A DNA stretch of 64,000 bases from an uncultured delta proteobacterium. Lineage in GTDB: Bacteria > Desulfobacterota > Desulfomonilia > UBA1062. This document shows, piece after piece, positions 60,213 to 64,000 of the stretch. Every line of letters starts with the position of its first letter. The first letter of the stretch is position 1. Position numbers and translations under genes: made by a program. The stretch lies in contig CAWAUM010000005.1 of the NCBI GenBank assembly GCA_963785235.1, positions 416,001 through 480,000 of the forward strand, given 5' to 3'. Below the pieces are notes generated by a model. It was not told the origin of the DNA. It did not search any database and was given only the letters and a program-made list of their open reading frames with translations.

Positions 60213-60744
60213 TTATTACCTCCTGCGCGATCCTGTCTATTGCTATTGATACGGCAGAGCGTACGGAAAGATGATTGAAGTCGCCCCTTCCCGCAATAGG
60301 TTCTATCACGGCGTCGAATGTGCCAAAGAGACGCGGTGATATACCCCACCCTGTACCAAACAACAGGCACATATCCTGTGAGCAGGCACGACTTCGAGCC
60401 TCAGCCCATGATATGCATCCTTCTATCCCGGCGGCTGACGTACCTACCAAAAACGCTCCTGTCTGCCGCTTTATCTCATCTATATCACGAACGAGCCGAA
60501 TAATCTCTAATGCTCTTTTTCTTAAGGGATTATACTGCCCACCAAAACCTATAAGCCAGTGGTCGATGATCTTCTGAGCAAAATCCAATTGGCTCTGGTT
60601 TGGGTGAACGATATAGAGCGTATTGATGCCGTATGTCAAGCATACTCTTGCACAATCGTGCAAATCAAGATTGGTGATAGCTGTTGCAATCTCCTGACCA
60701 TTCTTGTCAAGGCATGGCCAGTGAAGTAATCCGATACTGAGCAT
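60199..60744 (-). CDS. SPOUT-family SAM-dependent RNA methyltransferase (type found next to or fused with trmD)
   Basis: [25 protein letters not shown]. Confidence 0.88.
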   Translation of the reverse strand: MLSIGLLHWPCLDKNGQEIATAITNLDLHDCARVCLTYGINTLYIVHPNQSQLDFAQKIIDHWLIGFGGQYNPLRKRALEIIRLVRDIDEIKRQTGAFLVGTSAAGIEGCISWAEARSRACSQDMCLLFGTGWGISPRLFGTFDAVIEPIAGRGDFNHLSVRSAVSIAIDRIAQEVINEHH

Positions 60745-61475
60745 AGTTGAATCCCCTTAAGGCTGTTCCTTGGTCTTGCCGGGGATGGAGCCCTGTGGAG
60801 ACAATGATTTTCTTCATGAGATCGGGCCTGACTTCACGGGTTTTTTCTCGTGCTGTCTTCTCACGCCATAACCTGATCTCTTCATGGTTTCCTGAAAGAA
60901 GAACATCCGGGACCTTAAGGCCTCTGAATTCCCTTGGTTTCGTATAGTGCGGGTGTTCCAGTATGCCTTCGTAGTGGGAGTCTCCGGTATGTAGGGTGTC
61001 CTGTGCCGAGAACACCTGGAATGAGCCTCACAATGGCATCTGTCATGACCATGGCGGGTATTTCTCCTCCGGTGAGGACATAATCGCCTATGGAGAGTTC
61101 TTCGTCTACAAAAAGCTCTGATACCCGTTCATCCACTCCTTCATAATGACCGCAGATAATCGTTATCGTATCCTGCCTGCTCAGCCGTAAGGCATCTTCC
61201 TGTGAGAACAACCGCCCCCTTGGCGTGGTAAGGATAACCTTGCCTTGTTCTTCAAGACTTTCAAGAGCCGCGGCAATGGGTTCAGGCTTCAGGATCATGC
61301 CCCCACCACCGCCATAGGGTGTATCATCAACGACCAGGTGAGGACCAAGACCATAATCCCGCAAGGGAACTATGTGGATTGTGACGAGTTCTTTTGCTAT
61401 GGCCCTGGAAATCATGCTTTCGTTGAAGGCGCCTGAAAACATGTCAGGGAAAAGGGTGATAATGTTGATGTTCAT
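60707..61475 (-). CDS. trmD: tRNA (guanine-N1)-methyltransferase (apparent frameshift near 61000; 3' end uncertain)
   Basis: [34 protein letters not shown]; after the shift [19 protein letters not shown]. Confidence 0.92.
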
Positions 61476-61487
61476 GAATGAAGGTCT

Positions 61488-61992
61488 TTAATCAAGGAGG
61501 CCTTCCAAGAGTGATGCATCAATAGTAATGCAGCCCTTCTCGAGTGATATCTCCTTGATAACGTCTTTGGTGGCGGGTATGTAATACTGTTTTGACTTGT
61601 CTACCACGTATACATCATTGCTTCCGGTAGAGAAGATGTCCACAATTTCTCCAAGAACACGCCCCTTGCGCTATCCATGACTTTTAGGCCCATGAGGTCA
61701 CGCCAGTAATATTCATCTTCAGCAGGCTCTTCCAGCTGCTCTCTTTTTATATAAAGCGTCTCACCCTTGAGAGGCTCCACCTGGGAGATGTTGGTAAAGC
61801 CTGCGAGTTCGATAATATAAAAGCTTCTCCGGTCTTGTGCGCTGAGGATTTCAAGTGGTGAACCGTTTTTCCCTATTATCAGGTGGGAATAATGAGAAAC
61901 CTCTGAAAAGAATCACCAAAAGGGATGATCTTAATTTTGCCTTTCAGTCCATGAGGACCGCTGATCCGTGCGATCTCTATAAGATCCGTCAT
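61488..61992 (-). CDS. rimM: Ribosome maturation factor RimM (two apparent frameshifts; absent from the ORF track)
   Basis: Three consecutive fragments: MTDLIEIARISGPHGLKG; ...KGETLYI...EDEYYWRDLMGL; RVLGEIVDIFSTGSNDVYVV...YIPA...EGLLD*. Canonical position between khpA and trmD. Confidence 0.88.
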
Positions 61993-61997
61993 TGCAC

Positions 61998-62228
61998 TTA
62001 TTCAATTATTTCCAGCATGGCCCTCTTTTTCAGCTTTGTAGATGCCGCAGTGAGCAGTGTTCGCATTGCGCGTGCCGTACGGCCTTCCTTGCCGATTACC
62101 TTTCCTAAATCCGATTTAGCAACCCTCAACTCGATCACAGAAGTTGCTTCACCTTCAACTTCAAAGACCTTCACCTCATCCGGATTATCCACCAATGCCT
62201 TGGCGATGTACTCAATAAGCTCTCTCAC
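61998..62228 (-). CDS. khpA: KH-domain RNA-binding protein
   Basis: [25 protein letters not shown]. Confidence 0.95.
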   Translation of the reverse strand: MRELIEYIAKALVDNPDEVKVFEVEGEATSVIELRVAKSDLGKVIGKEGRTARAMRTLLTAASTKLKKRAMLEIIE

Positions 62229-62262
62229 GGCATCCTCACTTCAACGTTATCAAGCAAACGGA

Positions 62263-62508
62263 TCAGAGCGAATATCCTTTTTGCTTAATGAGCTTTTTCA
62301 CAGCCGGAGAAACCTGTCCGCCGTTATTAACCCATTCTTTAATCCTGTCCATCTTAAGATTGATACTTTCGGGTCTGAACTTGGGGTCGAAATATCCTAC
62401 GATCTCAATAAACCTTCCATCACGCTTGTTGCGTGAGTCGGTAACGACTATACGGAAAAAAGGCTTCTTGGCGGCGCCTCCTCGGGTCAATCTGATGCTG
62501 ACTGCCAT
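62263..62508 (-). CDS. rpsP: 30S ribosomal protein S16
   Basis: IRLTRGG..KPFFRIVVTDSR..RDGRFIEIVG. Confidence 0.98.
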   Translation of the reverse strand: MAVSIRLTRGGAAKKPFFRIVVTDSRNKRDGRFIEIVGYFDPKFRPESINLKMDRIKEWVNNGGQVSPAVKKLIKQKGYSL

Positions 62509-62647
62509 GTGTATATATTCCCCCTTTTGTTTTCTTTTCTAGGTTGCCACACTTATATTAGTTGCCGAAACAATGTCAAGTCATTTATCCCCGGGCATTA
62601 GCAGCCATTTAAGCAGTAATGAAGCCGTTGCACATCAATATTGAGTA

Positions 62648-63667
62648 TTATTCTACCGGCTTCGCAAGCTTGAGGATCTCCATGGGAAGCTGTACACCGA
62701 CGGCCTGCATCTGCTTTACATCCACCAGGATCATCAGATCCTGCTGCCGCAATATTGGCAATGATTCGGGTTTCGCCCCATCCTTTAGTATCTTCACAGC
62801 CTGTTGCCCGGCCAGAGATCCGATCAACGTGAAGTCAGAGCCCACATACAGCACCCCACCTGGATTCTTGGTTAACATGAAGCTGATGATGGGGATCTTT
62901 GTTGACCGTGAAATCGCTGCAAGCTCTAGGGTGGGTTCGGTCTTTCTGATCCCGTAATATGTATCAAGAGGAATGATAAAAGCCTGAACACCTTTTGCAA
63001 TGAGCTCCTGTGCTGCAGGTTTTATGGAATCGGCCTTGTTGATCTCCTTAGTGATAAATGTCAATCCCAGGGCCGGTCCTTCCTTTTTTGCCTCGGCGGC
63101 GTGCGCTATGGCACTGTCATCATCGCTGTGGATAATGCCTAAGGTCTTCACAGAAGGGTATGCCAGCTTCACGATCCTGAGTGCATCTTTCATGTCCATG
63201 TGGAGTGTGGAGCCGGTGAATCCCGGGCCTGCCTCGGTGAGAGACTTGCACCCTGCCGCCTGGGGTACGGCCACTGCGGTAAATACCAACGGGATACCCG
63301 CTGAAATGATCTTATCCTTTCCATACTTCGTAGGTGCCGTGCCAATGGTAAGGACGAGATCAGGTTTTCTGTCAGCGATCTTTTGGGCCTCACTCTTGAT
63401 CTCCATGAGGACGCCAACTTTTTTAAACATGCCGCCCTTTTCCACATCGAAATCAATCATCTTGCGGTTGATAACCAGATTCTTGCCCTTCACGATCCCA
63501 TTTTTCTCAAGCTCTTTGATAAACCCATTATATGAATTCTGGAAGGGCACGGCATCTTTCATAACCTGAAGAACTTCGATCTTATAGGTTCTGTCTTCAG
63601 CAAGACATGGGACTGCCAACGCCAAGAACACGAGAGAACATATTAAGACTTTAATCATTCTCATCAT
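62648..63667 (-). CDS. ABC transporter substrate-binding protein (ABC_sub_bind-type, periplasmic binding fold I)
   Basis: Signal peptide, KPDLVLTIGT, IPLVFTAV, LAGQQAVKILKDG.KP..LPI. Confidence 0.85.
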   Translation of the reverse strand: MMRMIKVLICSLVFLALAVPCLAEDRTYKIEVLQVMKDAVPFQNSYNGFIKELEKNGIVKGKNLVINRKMIDFDVEKGGMFKKVGVLMEIKSEAQKIADRKPDLVLTIGTAPTKYGKDKIISAGIPLVFTAVAVPQAAGCKSLTEAGPGFTGSTLHMDMKDALRIVKLAYPSVKTLGIIHSDDDSAIAHAAEAKKEGPALGLTFITKEINKADSIKPAAQELIAKGVQAFIIPLDTYYGIRKTEPTLELAAISRSTKIPIISFMLTKNPGGVLYVGSDFTLIGSLAGQQAVKILKDGAKPESLPILRQQDLMILVDVKQMQAVGVQLPMEILKLAKPVE

Positions 63668-63703
63668 ACAATTCTCCTTTCTGATTATATATATTTTAAG
63701 AGG

Positions 63704-64000
63704 TCAATCCACTCCCTGTGCGATCTGGAGGATCTCCATGGGAAGCTGCCAGTTCAGGGCCTTCATCTGTTTCGTATCCACCAGGATCTTGAGGTCTTCC
63801 TGCTTGAGAATGGGCAGGTTTTCCGCCTTTGCTTCACCCTTGAGGATCTTGGAGGCCTGTTGGCCGGATAACGTCCCGATCTCACTGAAATCAGACCCGA
63901 CATACAGGATCGCTCCAGGGACCTTCATGAGTGCAAAACTGAAAACCGGTATCTTGGTCTCTTTAGAAAACTTGTCCAACTCGTGGCATGCCTCGTAGTT
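63704..64000 (-). CDS. ABC transporter substrate-binding protein paralog, 5' part outside the window
   Basis: C-terminus closely matches the adjacent gene (TKIP, LYVGSDF, GQQA, ILVD, QLPMEIL). Confidence 0.85.
   Translation of the reverse strand, partial: NYEACHELDKFSKETKIPVFSFALMKVPGAILYVGSDFSEIGTLSGQQASKILKGEAKAENLPILKQEDLKILVDTKQMKALNWQLPMEILQIAQGVD

Noticed and set aside
58489-61992. Programmed frameshifting or true pseudogenisation of the trmD/rimM/yraN/Mut7-C region
   Set aside because: No consistent slippery-site pattern and no other decay; essential genes are affected, so sequencing error is the simpler explanation.
61855-62542. Plus-strand ORFs of 193 aa and 84 aa
   Set aside because: Antisense to rimM, khpA and rpsP, which are unambiguous.

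Overview
A mostly core-chromosome segment from an anaerobic Gram-negative bacterium. The gene order and content (aroC-aroKB-TPR-aroQ-pepP-efp-accB; rpsP-khpA-rimM-trmD-rplS-rnhB-yraN; ppdK; class III RNR; several PAS kinases) suggest a deltaproteobacterial (Desulfobacterota-like) lineage, which is an inference. It holds about 58 CDS, one tRNA-Val(CAC), a cobalamin riboswitch in front of a btuB-like receptor and tandem NrdR boxes. No transposase, integrase, prophage or CRISPR array was seen. The best hidden feature is a 23-codon leader ORF absent from the ORF track (28415-28486, MITVSAHSFYGYYFWFRKWPPVG). It has mutually exclusive antiterminator and terminator helices and lies directly upstream of DAHP synthase, so it looks like a ribosome-mediated attenuator that senses Phe, Tyr and Trp together. 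Also notable are a 70-bp near-perfect palindrome between miaA and ttcA, two large repeat-built surface proteins, and a stand-alone receiver gene that splits nrdD from nrdG. At least eight genes, including trmD and rimM, carry small frameshifts, mostly at homopolymers. These look like sequencing or consensus indels rather than real pseudogenes.
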